From: an uncultured Rickettsiales bacterium
GTDB lineage: Bacteria > Pseudomonadota > Alphaproteobacteria > Rickettsiales > SXRF01
DNA length: 64,000 nucleotides
NCBI GenBank assembly: GCA_964518725.1
Contig: CAZFKP010000015.1
Coordinates: 1,450 to 65,449, forward strand
Reading direction: 5' to 3'
In this document: piece by piece, positions 48,894 to 58,373 of the stretch
Layout: the number at the start of each line of letters is the position of its first letter
How positions within the stretch are numbered: the first letter of the stretch is position 1
Notes under the pieces: generated by a model
Told to the model about the DNA's origin: nothing
Database searches by the model: none
Seen by the model: the letters and a program-made list of their open reading frames with translations, nothing else
Position numbers and translations under genes: made by a program

Positions 48894-49219
48894 TACTCGT
48901 CATCACGCTTGCCGAAATTATCACGGGAATCCGCCGTCTTGTAGGCAACGCTCGCGTTGCGATGCTTCGGAATATCCTGCAACCCAGCCTGCGCTTTCAT
49001 CTCTTGTCCCAGCGCGTTCAGGCTCATCAGCAAATCCTGAAGCCGCGGCTCATAGAGCTGCTGGTCACCTGCCGGCATCGTTTGAATCATGTCGCACAAT
49101 GTCTCAATGGCGTTATCCAGACCGGCCATATCCAAATCATCCCCCGCAGCAACGGCGGCGCGGCTGCTGGCAATATATTCTTCCATGTTACTGAAGAATG
49201 ATCCCACGTGCTGGCTCAT
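48893..49219 (-). CDS. Hypothetical protein in fliO-csrA block
   Basis: Four-base overlaps with neighbours on both sides (ATGA style), MSQHVGSFFSNMEEYIASSRAAVAAGDDLDMAGLDNAIETLCDMI. Confidence 0.6.
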   Translation of the reverse strand: MSQHVGSFFSNMEEYIASSRAAVAAGDDLDMAGLDNAIETLCDMIQTMPAGDQQLYEPRLQDLLMSLNALGQEMKAQAGLQDIPKHRNASVAYKTADSRDNFGKRDDE

Positions 49220-49506
49220 ACATTGGCTCCCTTGACCTTGTCGTTCGCACGATACACATAGGCAAGTATTTCCGCAACGGCGGCGTAAGCTTCCAGCGGA
49301 ATCGGGGTATCGATATCGAGCTTTTCGAGCATGTGGACGAGATCGCGATCTTGCCGGATTTCAATGTTGTAGCGCGTGGCCAGCTCGATAATCTGCTGTG
49401 CCATGTAACCTTTGCCCTTGGCAGCGATCACCGGTGCGTTGTGCTTCTCGCGCTCGTATTTCAACGCTACCGCAAGTTTATTCCTATCTGTTTCCATCCG
49501 GTTCAT
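49216..49506 (-). CDS. FlhB C-terminal domain homologue (FhlB/YlqH-like)
   Basis: AVALKYEREKHNAPVIAAKGKGYMAQQIIELATRYNIEIRQDRDLVHMLEKLDIDTPIPLEAYAAVAEILAYVYR. Confidence 0.85.
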   Translation of the reverse strand: MNRMETDRNKLAVALKYEREKHNAPVIAAKGKGYMAQQIIELATRYNIEIRQDRDLVHMLEKLDIDTPIPLEAYAAVAEILAYVYRANDKVKGANV

Positions 49507-49768
49507 CCTTGGGTTTTGGCGTATTGACCGGTTTCACGCCAAGCCCATCCAGATCGAAATCCATCTCAAAAAATTCGCTGTCCCCGGCTCCGGCCGCCGC
49601 AATGTTCTGTTCCATGATTTTCTCATGCAGCTCCTTACGTAGGATGCTTGCTTCCTTCGGAAATACAAAGCCAAGCTTAACTGACTTGCCGCGTACTTCC
49701 ATGACGGTGAGCTCGATATTGTTATTGATGATAATCGACTCACCAATCTTCCTGGATAAATAAAGCAT
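49484..49768 (-). CDS. csrA: Carbon storage regulator CsrA with C-terminal extension
   Basis: MLYLSRKIGESIIINNNIELTVMEVRGKSVKLGFVFPKEASILRKELHEKI. Confidence 0.93.
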   Translation of the reverse strand: MLYLSRKIGESIIINNNIELTVMEVRGKSVKLGFVFPKEASILRKELHEKIMEQNIAAAGAGDSEFFEMDFDLDGLGVKPVNTPKPKDEPDGNR

Positions 49769-49934
49769 TCCTGCGGATCCTCTTGATGCGCTACGCGTCG
49801 TTCACTTTGGCACAGTATTTGAATACATGGTTTATTGGCAAATGCAAATTTTGTCTGGTGCATGTTTTATAATTATGATAATATAGGAAAAATATACCTA
49901 CTATCTATATATAATAAAAACAGGGATTTAATCA

Positions 49935-50351
49935 GTGGATTTTTTAAATATTCCCCTCTTTCAAGCGATGCAGAGCAAGCTCAAGTACCACTCTGAGCGT
50001 CAGGCCGTGCTCGCGCAGAATATCGCCAATGCCGATACGCCGGATTATCTCGCACGGGATATCCAAGCCCCGGATTTTGCCTCCATGCTTGCAGGCGCGC
50101 GTTCTTCAGGCGCCATGGCCATGACCAATAACCTCCACATGCAACCCGGGATGGGTAAAAATGGCGGCAGCGGAACTTACCAGCAGCGCGAAAACACCTA
50201 CGAGCTGAATCCGATCGGCAATAACGTGGTGATCGAAGAAGAAGTGATGCGCGTTGCGGAAAACCAATCGGAATACCAAAAAGTGCTGGGTATTTACCGG
50301 AAATCGCTGGAAATGTTTAGAATTGCGCTTGGCAAACAAGGTGCGGCATAA
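49935..50351 (+). CDS. flgB: Flagellar basal body rod protein FlgB
   Basis: LFQAMQSKLKYHSERQAVLAQNIANADTPDYLARDI. Confidence 0.93.
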   Translation: MDFLNIPLFQAMQSKLKYHSERQAVLAQNIANADTPDYLARDIQAPDFASMLAGARSSGAMAMTNNLHMQPGMGKNGGSGTYQQRENTYELNPIGNNVVIEEEVMRVAENQSEYQKVLGIYRKSLEMFRIALGKQGAA

Positions 50352-50362
50352 GGAGTTGGTAG

Positions 50363-50770
50363 ATGCAGTTGAATGATTCACTCAAAATTGCTGCTTCGGG
50401 CATGAAGGCACAGAGCGATCGCCTTCGCGTCGTGGCGGAGAATATCGCCAACGCCGATTCCACCGGTCGCACGCCGGACGAGTTACCGTACCGCCGCAAA
50501 ATGGTAGTGTTCCGCAATATGCTTGACAAAGAGCTTGGTGTGGAAACGGTCAAAGTGGCGAGCCGCACCACCGACAACTCCGACTTCATCAAAAAATTTG
50601 AACCCTACCACCCGGCGGCGGACGAGCAAGGTTATGTGCTTTATCCAAATGTTAACACGATTGTGGAAAGTGTAGACATGCGGGAAGCGCGCCGGGCGTA
50701 TGAAGCAAACCTCGGCGTGGTAGAAGTATCCAAGGCAATGCTGGCGCGCACGCTAGATTTGCTACGGTAA
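50363..50770 (+). CDS. flgC: Flagellar basal body rod protein FlgC
   Basis: LKIAASGMKAQSDRLRVVAENIANADST; VDMREARRAYEANLGVVEVSKAMLARTLDLLR. Confidence 0.95.
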   Translation: MQLNDSLKIAASGMKAQSDRLRVVAENIANADSTGRTPDELPYRRKMVVFRNMLDKELGVETVKVASRTTDNSDFIKKFEPYHPAADEQGYVLYPNVNTIVESVDMREARRAYEANLGVVEVSKAMLARTLDLLR

Positions 50771-50786
50771 TTTGTAGGAGTATTCT

Positions 50787-51098
50787 ATGGTAAACATGGC
50801 ATCGGCACTGAGCGCGTATAACAACCAGATGAAACTGGCGAAAAACGGCGACGCCTTGCTCGGCCCAGAAGAAAAAAACGGGCCGAGTTTCTCGCAATTC
50901 CTCGAACACCAGATTCAGGACATGACCAACACGCAGCAAACCGCTGAAGCTGCGAAGGTCGATGCGCTGACCGGCAAAGGGGATGTAACCGACCTGGTGA
51001 CCGCCATCGCCAACGCCGAGCTGGCGCTCAACACCATCGTCACGATCCGCGATAAAGCTATTTCTGCCTATCAGGAAATCATCCGCATGCCGATGTAG
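50787..51098 (+). CDS. fliE: Flagellar hook-basal body complex protein FliE
   Basis: GDVTDLVTAIANAELALNTIVTIRDKAISAYQEIIRMPM. Confidence 0.93.
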   Translation: MVNMASALSAYNNQMKLAKNGDALLGPEEKNGPSFSQFLEHQIQDMTNTQQTAEAAKVDALTGKGDVTDLVTAIANAELALNTIVTIRDKAISAYQEIIRMPM

Positions 51099-51171
51099 GT
51101 GGCACTTAATACTTGGTGGTATAAGAAAATGGTGCTAACCAAGTGGTGAATACTTAACACCACGCACCGTC

Positions 51172-51438
51172 ATGGAAGCTTCCGAAGTCATTGATATCTG
51201 CCGCGAGGCGATCTATGTGCTGATTATTGTCGCCTCTCCGGCGATGATCTCGTCACTCATCGTCGGCCTGATCGTTTCCCTGTTTCAAGCGCTGACGCAG
51301 ATCCAGGAACAAACCCTCACCTTCGTGCCTAAAATCCTTGCCATGCTGCTGGTGTTGGGACTGACCCTACCCTTCATGTTGCAGCAGCTTACCGACTTCA
51401 CCCACAAGCTTACTGAACGCATCGTCAATATTCAATGA
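51172..51438 (+). CDS. fliQ: Flagellar biosynthetic protein FliQ
   Basis: IIVASPAMISSLIVGLIVSLFQALTQIQEQTLTFVPKILAMLLVLGLTLPFM. Confidence 0.95.
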   Translation: MEASEVIDICREAIYVLIIVASPAMISSLIVGLIVSLFQALTQIQEQTLTFVPKILAMLLVLGLTLPFMLQQLTDFTHKLTERIVNIQ

Positions 51439-52199
51439 CACTGAACGACTTCATGTTGTCGCAGATATTCACCTTCCTGCTGATATTCTGCCGGGTTGGA
51501 ACAGCGATCATGATTATGCCAGGTTTTGGGGAAGCCTATATCAGCGCCCGCATGCGCCTGCTTTTCGCCGCGATGTTCGCAGTGGTGTTGACGCCCGCCA
51601 TGCAGTCTTTTCCTGCCCCGCCTGAAACGACCTTCGGGCTGGTCAATCTGATGACTGCCGAACTGCTCACCGGCTTGTTTTTTGGCACAATCACCCGCCT
51701 GCTCATTTCCGCCATCAGCCTCGCCGGCATGATTATCGCCTATCAATCAAGCCTTGCCAGTGCGCTGGTGCAGGACGTGACGATGTCCGGCGGACAAGGC
51801 ACGAGCCTCGGTAACTTGCTGGGGATCAGCGCGCTGGTGTTGATGTTTGTCACCGACATGCATCATATGATGTTACGTGCCATCCATGACAGTTACCAGA
51901 TATTTGCCGTCGGCGCGTTTCCGCTAATTGAGGATTTTAATACCCACGCCACCCGCGTGATGAACGAATCGTTCCTCGTGGCGCTGCAGCTTTCCGCACC
52001 ACATATCGTCATCGGCCTGATGATTTACCTCGCGGGCGGTATCATTGGCCGCCTGATGCCAAGCCTGCAGGTTTTCTTCATCCTAATGGCGCCACAACTT
52101 ATCATCAGTTTTTTTATCTTGATGATTACTTTCGGCGCGCTGATGACATGGTACCTCGATTACTTCAGCCGCAATCTTCTCCATTTCGTGGGGCAATAA
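51435..52199 (+). CDS. fliR: Flagellar biosynthetic protein FliR
   Basis: FLLIFCRVGTAIMIMPGFGEAYISARMRLLFA; overlaps fliQ by ATGA. Confidence 0.93.
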   Translation: MTLNDFMLSQIFTFLLIFCRVGTAIMIMPGFGEAYISARMRLLFAAMFAVVLTPAMQSFPAPPETTFGLVNLMTAELLTGLFFGTITRLLISAISLAGMIIAYQSSLASALVQDVTMSGGQGTSLGNLLGISALVLMFVTDMHHMMLRAIHDSYQIFAVGAFPLIEDFNTHATRVMNESFLVALQLSAPHIVIGLMIYLAGGIIGRLMPSLQVFFILMAPQLIISFFILMITFGALMTWYLDYFSRNLLHFVGQ

Positions 52200-52202
52200 G
52201 CC

Positions 52203-53273
52203 ATGGCTGAGGGCGAAGACCAGGATCAGAAGACAGAGGAACCAACCTCCCGAAAACTTCAGGAAGCCTTTGAAAAAGGTAATGTACCGGTCTCGAAGGA
52301 AGTTGGCAGTTTCCTGATGTTATTTTTGCTGGCGATGATTGTCGCATCATATGCACCGGGCATCCTGAATGAAACCCGCAACATGCTCATCTCATTTATC
52401 CGCAACGCCGATAATATTCCCGTGGATAAAATGGGTGTCAGCGCCATATTTCGCCAGCTCTCCCTGAACTCAATTGCGATTCTTACCGTGCCGCTCCTCG
52501 GATCAGTCATTGTCGCGCTTGCTGCCGGGTTATTGCAAAACGGCATTGTGATTTCCGCCGAGAGTATCAAGCCGAAGCTGAGCAAAATCTCACCACTTGC
52601 CGGGCTAAAACGTATTTTCTCAATGCGTACCGTGGTTGAATTCATCAAAAACATTACCAAAATCACCATCGTCGGAATTGTGGCATTCATGGCGGTTTAC
52701 CCGGAGTTACACCAGATTCAAACCTTGCCGGGCGATAGCGGCGAGGCCATTTTACTTTTCCTCGCCAAGCTTGCCACACGACTAACGGTTGGCGTTGCGA
52801 TAGCGATGTTTTTTATTGCCCTGTTCGACCTGGTATACCAACGGCTGCACCACACGAAATCACTGCGTATGAGCAAGCAGGAAATCAAAGATGAATACAA
52901 GCAAAGCGAGGGCGATCCGGTTATCAAGCAGCGCTTGCGGCAATTGCGGCAGGAAAAAGCCAAACAACGGATGATGTCGGAAGTGCCGAAATCGGATGTC
53001 GTAATCACCAACCCAACCCACTTCGCCATCGCCCTCATCTATCGACCGATGGAACATAAAGCGCCGATTGTCGTTGCCAAGGGGCAGGATTTAATTGCCC
53101 TCAAAATTAAGGAGATTGCGGAAGAAAATGACGTGCCGGTGGTGCAGAACCCACCGCTTGCCCGCGCCCTCTTCTCCTCCACCGAAATTGACGATGAAAT
53201 CCCCCTCATCCATTATGAGGCCGTGGCTAAAATCATCTCCTACGTCTACCAGCTCAAGGGGCGCCGTTTGTGA
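52203..53273 (+). CDS. flhB: Flagellar biosynthetic protein FlhB
   Basis: DQKTEEPTSRKLQEAFEKGNVPVSKEV; VVITNPTHFAIALIY (NPTH autocleavage site). Confidence 0.96.
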   Translation: MAEGEDQDQKTEEPTSRKLQEAFEKGNVPVSKEVGSFLMLFLLAMIVASYAPGILNETRNMLISFIRNADNIPVDKMGVSAIFRQLSLNSIAILTVPLLGSVIVALAAGLLQNGIVISAESIKPKLSKISPLAGLKRIFSMRTVVEFIKNITKITIVGIVAFMAVYPELHQIQTLPGDSGEAILLFLAKLATRLTVGVAIAMFFIALFDLVYQRLHHTKSLRMSKQEIKDEYKQSEGDPVIKQRLRQLRQEKAKQRMMSEVPKSDVVITNPTHFAIALIYRPMEHKAPIVVAKGQDLIALKIKEIAEENDVPVVQNPPLARALFSSTEIDDEIPLIHYEAVAKIISYVYQLKGRRL

Positions 53274-53431
53274 CACACTGTCACACAAAATTTAACATTA
53301 TGAAATATAATGATATTTATTTGAGCCATTCTGTGAAGCAGGTGATGTTGCTGTCATAGAATCTTCATACTTCCCAAGTAATAAGCATGCTATATTAGTG
53401 ACATGGTAATGATGGCTTGGAAAGGCTTGTT

Positions 53432-55630
53432 ATGGTAAGAGAGACAGCGGATTGGCACAAGAACAAAGGCTTGGGCGGCGAAAATTTTGGCACACAGGCT
53501 CGCGAACAAGCCGATAGGCTGATGGGCAAAGCCGACCCGCGCCGCGACCCGCAACAGGCTCAAGCAAGCCTGCCTGCTGAATCGCTTGGCAATCTTGGGT
53601 TCCTATCGCCATCCGCCCCCGCTTCCGCACCAACACGGCTTCCGGAAACAATTATCGATAAAAGTAATCTCGCCCTGTTGAGTGCGGTAGAGCACCAACG
53701 TCAGCAGGCAAAAATATTTTCCCAAGGCAAATATGCCTGGGCATCGGAATTCTTTGGGGAAGGTGAAAGCCTGCCCAGAAGCAATGATTTAAAATCAATT
53801 GACCTTGCCGGTGCAGAAGAGCTGAGAATTTTTTCCGGATTACCAATTCAAAGCGAGAACGATGGTGACGTCAAGCAGTGGATGGCCTATGGAACGGATA
53901 AGCTCCTCACTAGCACAAACGATCTCGTTAGGAATATTGAGGACAAACAAAAACGCGAAGGCGGCGCGCAATATGACGCCATTCTTGGAGAAGCAAGAAA
54001 AGCTGCTGAGGCCGCAAGCAAACTTGAGCGTGAAAGGCTTAGAATCGAAACAGAATACCAAAGAAGTTTAGACGGTCTTGCCACGCGGTCAGAAGAGGCA
54101 GAATGGAACACCCTAGAGCTATCGCTAGATGAACAGGAAAAGGCTAGAGAAAGGCTCAATCAAGAAAGACGTGAATTAAACGAACGCTACCGCGCTGATA
54201 TGTATGCGCTGCTCGACCAGGCGCGCGATGCTACGCAAAATTATAAGGTTGCCGAAGCAAAAAGAAACCTGGCGGATGCAGAATTGACCGGTGATGTCGA
54301 TAAAATTGCGGATGCCCAGTATGCGCTGCGCCAACAGGTCGAGATGCGTAACTTGACTAAGGATGCAGGAACGAGTGCCGCAGCTGACTCCAAGAACGCG
54401 GCTCAGTATCAGGCCGATATCAAAGCTGGCGAGGCAGCACGTCAGGCGCTTCGTGCACAAAAAATAGACGAGTTTGTTGCCGGTGTCACACCACAAATCC
54501 AAGAAGAATATAAACAAAAAATCTCGGCGGCCAGATTAAAATTCAGTACCAGCCCCGATCAGGCGGATGAAGCAGTCAAAGACCTTGAACAACAACGCAA
54601 CGCGCTTTTAAAGCGCTTGGCAGACAAGGGAAAAGATGAACAGCTTGCCAGCCAGATGGAATTCATCACCGAACGGCTCAATAATAACGAACCTCCCCTG
54701 TCTGAGGCCGGCATTAAAGACGCCCGCAGCCGCATGATTGTCGCTGCCGCAGAATACAAAGGCGATTCACGCGATTTTGCGAGCCACTTCTTTTCCAATG
54801 ATCTGGATCTCGCTGCCACCATGGCGCCGGTAAAAATCGGTGGGTTGCAGGGCACCCTTATCACTAGGGATAAAAATGGCGATAAAAATGCCGGGATGGT
54901 TAGCATCAATCCGAAGGATGTTGCTGAAATTAAAATTGTTGGCCAGGGTGAGAATGCTTACGTGGAAGTTATGACCAGAGGAGGTCGAGGCAACTTCATC
55001 CGCGTCACGGGTAGCGCGGCGGAGAAAATGATTAAAAATGGCCTTGATCTTTCCGATACGACCGGTGCGGTACTGGTCACCGTCGATATGAGCACAGGCA
55101 TAGGCTATGAAGGGCGCAAACTTGTACTGCTCGGAACGAATGGGCACGACATTCGCCTGAATTCAAGCGGTGGAATACAATTAGGTACACTTGATGTCAA
55201 TCCCGAAGGCAGGGCGAATATGTTTGCCGCTGTCCAGTCGGTAGGAGACAGCGACCCGAGCATTGCCGAACGTGCCGGCAGGAGCATGCTTAATGCCCGT
55301 ATCGCCGCTGCCAAAAAACAACACAGCTCCGGAAAGTACATGATGGCGCGGCTGGACGTTGATAATGACGGCCGCCTATCTGGCGATGAGCTGGCGCTGC
55401 TAGATGCGAACGGCGACAACCAACTTGATAAGCGCGAGCTTGCCGCAATCTCAGGAGCACTCTCTGGGATACAGGGGGCGGGATTAAAACAGCTTCAGGA
55501 TCTCAACAAGGGAACCCTGACGGCAATTGATATTGCTACGCTTGGCGATGTCATGTTGCCAAGTGCACGCGGCAAGCCAGACCAGCAGCTTGCCCAGAAC
55601 AACGTGTCACCAGTCAGACCCCGCAGATAG
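53432..55630 (+). CDS. Large coiled-coil protein with C-terminal EF-hand/dockerin-like calcium motifs
   Basis: DVDNDGRLSGDELALLDANGDNQLDKREL; long Ala/Glu/Arg coiled coil; no recognised family. Track ORF starts at 53417. Confidence 0.65.
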   Translation: MVRETADWHKNKGLGGENFGTQAREQADRLMGKADPRRDPQQAQASLPAESLGNLGFLSPSAPASAPTRLPETIIDKSNLALLSAVEHQRQQAKIFSQGKYAWASEFFGEGESLPRSNDLKSIDLAGAEELRIFSGLPIQSENDGDVKQWMAYGTDKLLTSTNDLVRNIEDKQKREGGAQYDAILGEARKAAEAASKLERERLRIETEYQRSLDGLATRSEEAEWNTLELSLDEQEKARERLNQERRELNERYRADMYALLDQARDATQNYKVAEAKRNLADAELTGDVDKIADAQYALRQQVEMRNLTKDAGTSAAADSKNAAQYQADIKAGEAARQALRAQKIDEFVAGVTPQIQEEYKQKISAARLKFSTSPDQADEAVKDLEQQRNALLKRLADKGKDEQLASQMEFITERLNNNEPPLSEAGIKDARSRMIVAAAEYKGDSRDFASHFFSNDLDLAATMAPVKIGGLQGTLITRDKNGDKNAGMVSINPKDVAEIKIVGQGENAYVEVMTRGGRGNFIRVTGSAAEKMIKNGLDLSDTTGAVLVTVDMSTGIGYEGRKLVLLGTNGHDIRLNSSGGIQLGTLDVNPEGRANMFAAVQSVGDSDPSIAERAGRSMLNARIAAAKKQHSSGKYMMARLDVDNDGRLSGDELALLDANGDNQLDKRELAAISGALSGIQGAGLKQLQDLNKGTLTAIDIATLGDVMLPSARGKPDQQLAQNNVSPVRPRR

Positions 55631-55687
55631 CGACAAGATAGAGAAAAAACAGTTGTCTATCCGCTATTAATTCCCTACACAGGGAGT

Positions 55688-56710
55688 ATGGCTATTCGTT
55701 ACAGCGACATGGGAATTGATGCAATCGGCGCACGGGACTTTGTTGCCCGCCAGCGCACGCCTACTATGGCTCAATTGGTAATCATCATCCTCAGTGCATT
55801 CCTAATCGGGGCAAGCCTCGTTGTCTCAGTACACAACATATTGGCGCTTCTTACCACTCTGTTTGCCTTGTTCGCCGCCATCGGCTGGTACGTCATCTAC
55901 CAGCTCATGCGTTACCGCGACATGCTACTGGTTACGGAATTCCAGAATGCCCTGTTTGCATCTGCCATGGGACTGCATAATAAATTTTGCCTGATCATTA
56001 AACGCGACGGTTCGATTATCTATCTCGATCGCTCATTCCAGAATTTATTTCCGGATTTTGCAAAGCAGCCCGTCCGCAATCTTGATGTGTTACTTAAACA
56101 CGGCAAAGTAGAGAAAGTAGATATTGATCGAGTGCAGGGCGCCATTGAACACGGCACCTATGAGAAGGTCGTCTTTAACATTACCGATGCCCAGGGCATC
56201 ATCCACAATGTTATCTTGTCCGTGGAGCCGATCATGCGCCCGTCCGGCTTTACCATGCTGCGTGGCCGTGAGTTCGTTGAAGAACGTAGCGTTAACAACA
56301 TCACCGCTAACGGGAATAATGTTTTCAGTAAATCCTCTATGACGCTTTTTTCCCATATCATCGAGAGCCTCAAAATGGGTGTATATATCAGCTCTCCAAC
56401 GGGCGTGATTGTTTATTGCAATCCGCTGCTTGAAGAATGGCTGGGCTATGGCGAGGGTGAGATCGTTTCCCGGAATTTAAGTATCAACAATCTGATTCCT
56501 GTCGGCAGGAATGATAACATGTCTACCGAACCGGTGGATGTAGAAGGTTCTGTGCAAATGGAACGCAAAGTTGGTGGGTTTATCAAAGCATTCTTAAACC
56601 AGCGCGTTATCTATAGTGATACGGGTAAACTTATTGGCTGCACGGCAGTCGTGCACCTGTATCACGACGAAGCTGACAAAAACCTCGATGTAAAAAAAAA
56701 GACCTTCTGA
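55688..56710 (+). CDS. CckA-like membrane and tandem PAS sensor portion; ends at A9G slippery tract
   Basis: Two TM, PAS (FCLIIKRDGSIIYLDRSFQNLFPDF), second PAS (MGVYISSPTGVIVYCNPLLEEWLGYGEGEI). Confidence 0.8.
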   Translation: MAIRYSDMGIDAIGARDFVARQRTPTMAQLVIIILSAFLIGASLVVSVHNILALLTTLFALFAAIGWYVIYQLMRYRDMLLVTEFQNALFASAMGLHNKFCLIIKRDGSIIYLDRSFQNLFPDFAKQPVRNLDVLLKHGKVEKVDIDRVQGAIEHGTYEKVVFNITDAQGIIHNVILSVEPIMRPSGFTMLRGREFVEERSVNNITANGNNVFSKSSMTLFSHIIESLKMGVYISSPTGVIVYCNPLLEEWLGYGEGEIVSRNLSINNLIPVGRNDNMSTEPVDVEGSVQMERKVGGFIKAFLNQRVIYSDTGKLIGCTAVVHLYHDEADKNLDVKKKTF

Positions 56711-56718
56711 AGCAACCG

Positions 56719-58278
56719 ATGACGAACAGTTCTAGCAGTTCTGAAAATATCCTCGACCAATTCATCGCGTTGTCGCCCATTCCCATGGCCTTGTTAGATA
56801 AAAAAGGCACCCTCCTGTTTGGCAACCATGCATTCCATGCGCTGACGCAGCGTACGCTGACCAATGCTTTGCCCATTTATTTTGAAACACTATTTACTCC
56901 GGACAAACAGGAAGAAATGCGTGCACGTATCGCACAATTCAGCCAAGGGCATATCACCAACGAACCGGTGATACTCGAGCTAACCCTTCCCAACCGCGGA
57001 GAGATGATTATATCTTGCTATGCAAGTGAATTCAGCGAATCGCATATTCTTCTTCACCTGATCAATATCACGGAGCAGAAACACCTCGAACTGCGTTTTG
57101 CCCATTCACAAAAAATGCAGGCAGTGGGTCAGCTGGCCGGTGGCGTTGCTCACGACTTTAATAACCTTCTGACGGCAATGATTGGTTTCTGCGACCTGCT
57201 GCTCATGCGTCACCCAGCGGGAGACCAGTCGTTTGCCGATATCATGCAAATCAAGCAGAATGCTAACCGTGCGGCCAACCTTGTGCGTCAGCTACTGGCT
57301 TTCTCACGCCGGCAAACGCTGCAACCCAAAGTCGTCGACCTTACCGACGTGCTTGCGGAAATTTCTAACCTCGTGCGGCGGTTGATCGGCGAAAATATTG
57401 AACTAAAGATGTTTCATGGCCGCGATATCAGCAATATACGCGCCGATCAGGGGCAACTCGAACAGGTGCTGATTAACCTTGCGGTCAATGCCCGTGATGC
57501 GATGAAAGGTGGCGGTACACTGACTATCCGCACCTCGGAACGTGTGATTGACAAGCAGCACCGGCTTACAGCGGATATGATTGCACCGTCTGATGAAGAT
57601 AACGAACTTCCGGTAGGACGTTATGTGCTGGTAGAAGTCATCGATACGGGATGTGGCATTCCGCAGCACATTATCCAGAAAATATTCGAACCGTTCTTTT
57701 CTACCAAAGAAATCGGTTCCGGCACCGGCCTCGGGCTTTCCACGGTCTATGGCATTATCAAGCAAACTGGCGGCTATTTATTTGTGTCCAGTAAGGAACA
57801 AGCCGGCACTACCTTCAGCCTCTTTTTCCCGGCAGTCGCCACCGAAGAAGTCGCTGCCGAGAAAGCCAGCGAACGTGAAGCGGCACAGCGCGAAACCCAT
57901 CAGGATCTCACCGGAAACTGTACAATCTTGCTGGTGGAAGACGAAATGCCGGTACGCACGTTTGCAGCGCGGGCACTCGCCAACAAGGGCTATAAGATTA
58001 TCGAGGCCGATTGCGCCGAGACTGCGTTGGAATTGATGCAGGAACATGGCAACCTAGTGGAGATGATCGTAACCGACGTTATCATGCCTGGCATGACAGG
58101 TCCTGCCATGATTGAGAAAATCATGCCGAACTTCCCCAACATCAAGGTTATTTTCATGTCCGGCTACGCCGAAGAGGCCTTTGTGGATAATTACGGGGCA
58201 GACCGTGATTTCAATTTTCTTGCCAAACCGTTCACACTCAAGCAATTAGCTGGAAAAGTGAAAGAAGTGCTGGGATAA
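56719..58278 (+). CDS. cckA: CckA-like PAS-histidine kinase-receiver portion
   Basis: SQKMQAVGQLAGGVAHDFNNLLTAMIGFCDLLLMRHPAGDQSFADIMQIKQNANRAANLVRQLLAFSRRQTL; ILLVEDEMPVRTFAARAL; VTDVIMPGMTG. Confidence 0.92.
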   Translation: MTNSSSSSENILDQFIALSPIPMALLDKKGTLLFGNHAFHALTQRTLTNALPIYFETLFTPDKQEEMRARIAQFSQGHITNEPVILELTLPNRGEMIISCYASEFSESHILLHLINITEQKHLELRFAHSQKMQAVGQLAGGVAHDFNNLLTAMIGFCDLLLMRHPAGDQSFADIMQIKQNANRAANLVRQLLAFSRRQTLQPKVVDLTDVLAEISNLVRRLIGENIELKMFHGRDISNIRADQGQLEQVLINLAVNARDAMKGGGTLTIRTSERVIDKQHRLTADMIAPSDEDNELPVGRYVLVEVIDTGCGIPQHIIQKIFEPFFSTKEIGSGTGLGLSTVYGIIKQTGGYLFVSSKEQAGTTFSLFFPAVATEEVAAEKASEREAAQRETHQDLTGNCTILLVEDEMPVRTFAARALANKGYKIIEADCAETALELMQEHGNLVEMIVTDVIMPGMTGPAMIEKIMPNFPNIKVIFMSGYAEEAFVDNYGADRDFNFLAKPFTLKQLAGKVKEVLG

Positions 58279-58373
58279 ACCACACGGCATTCGTTTAAAA
58301 GTTTACCTGCATTTTATATAAATCATTCAGATAGTTAATCGATGATTTATGCCTTATTGTTACAATTGTACTC

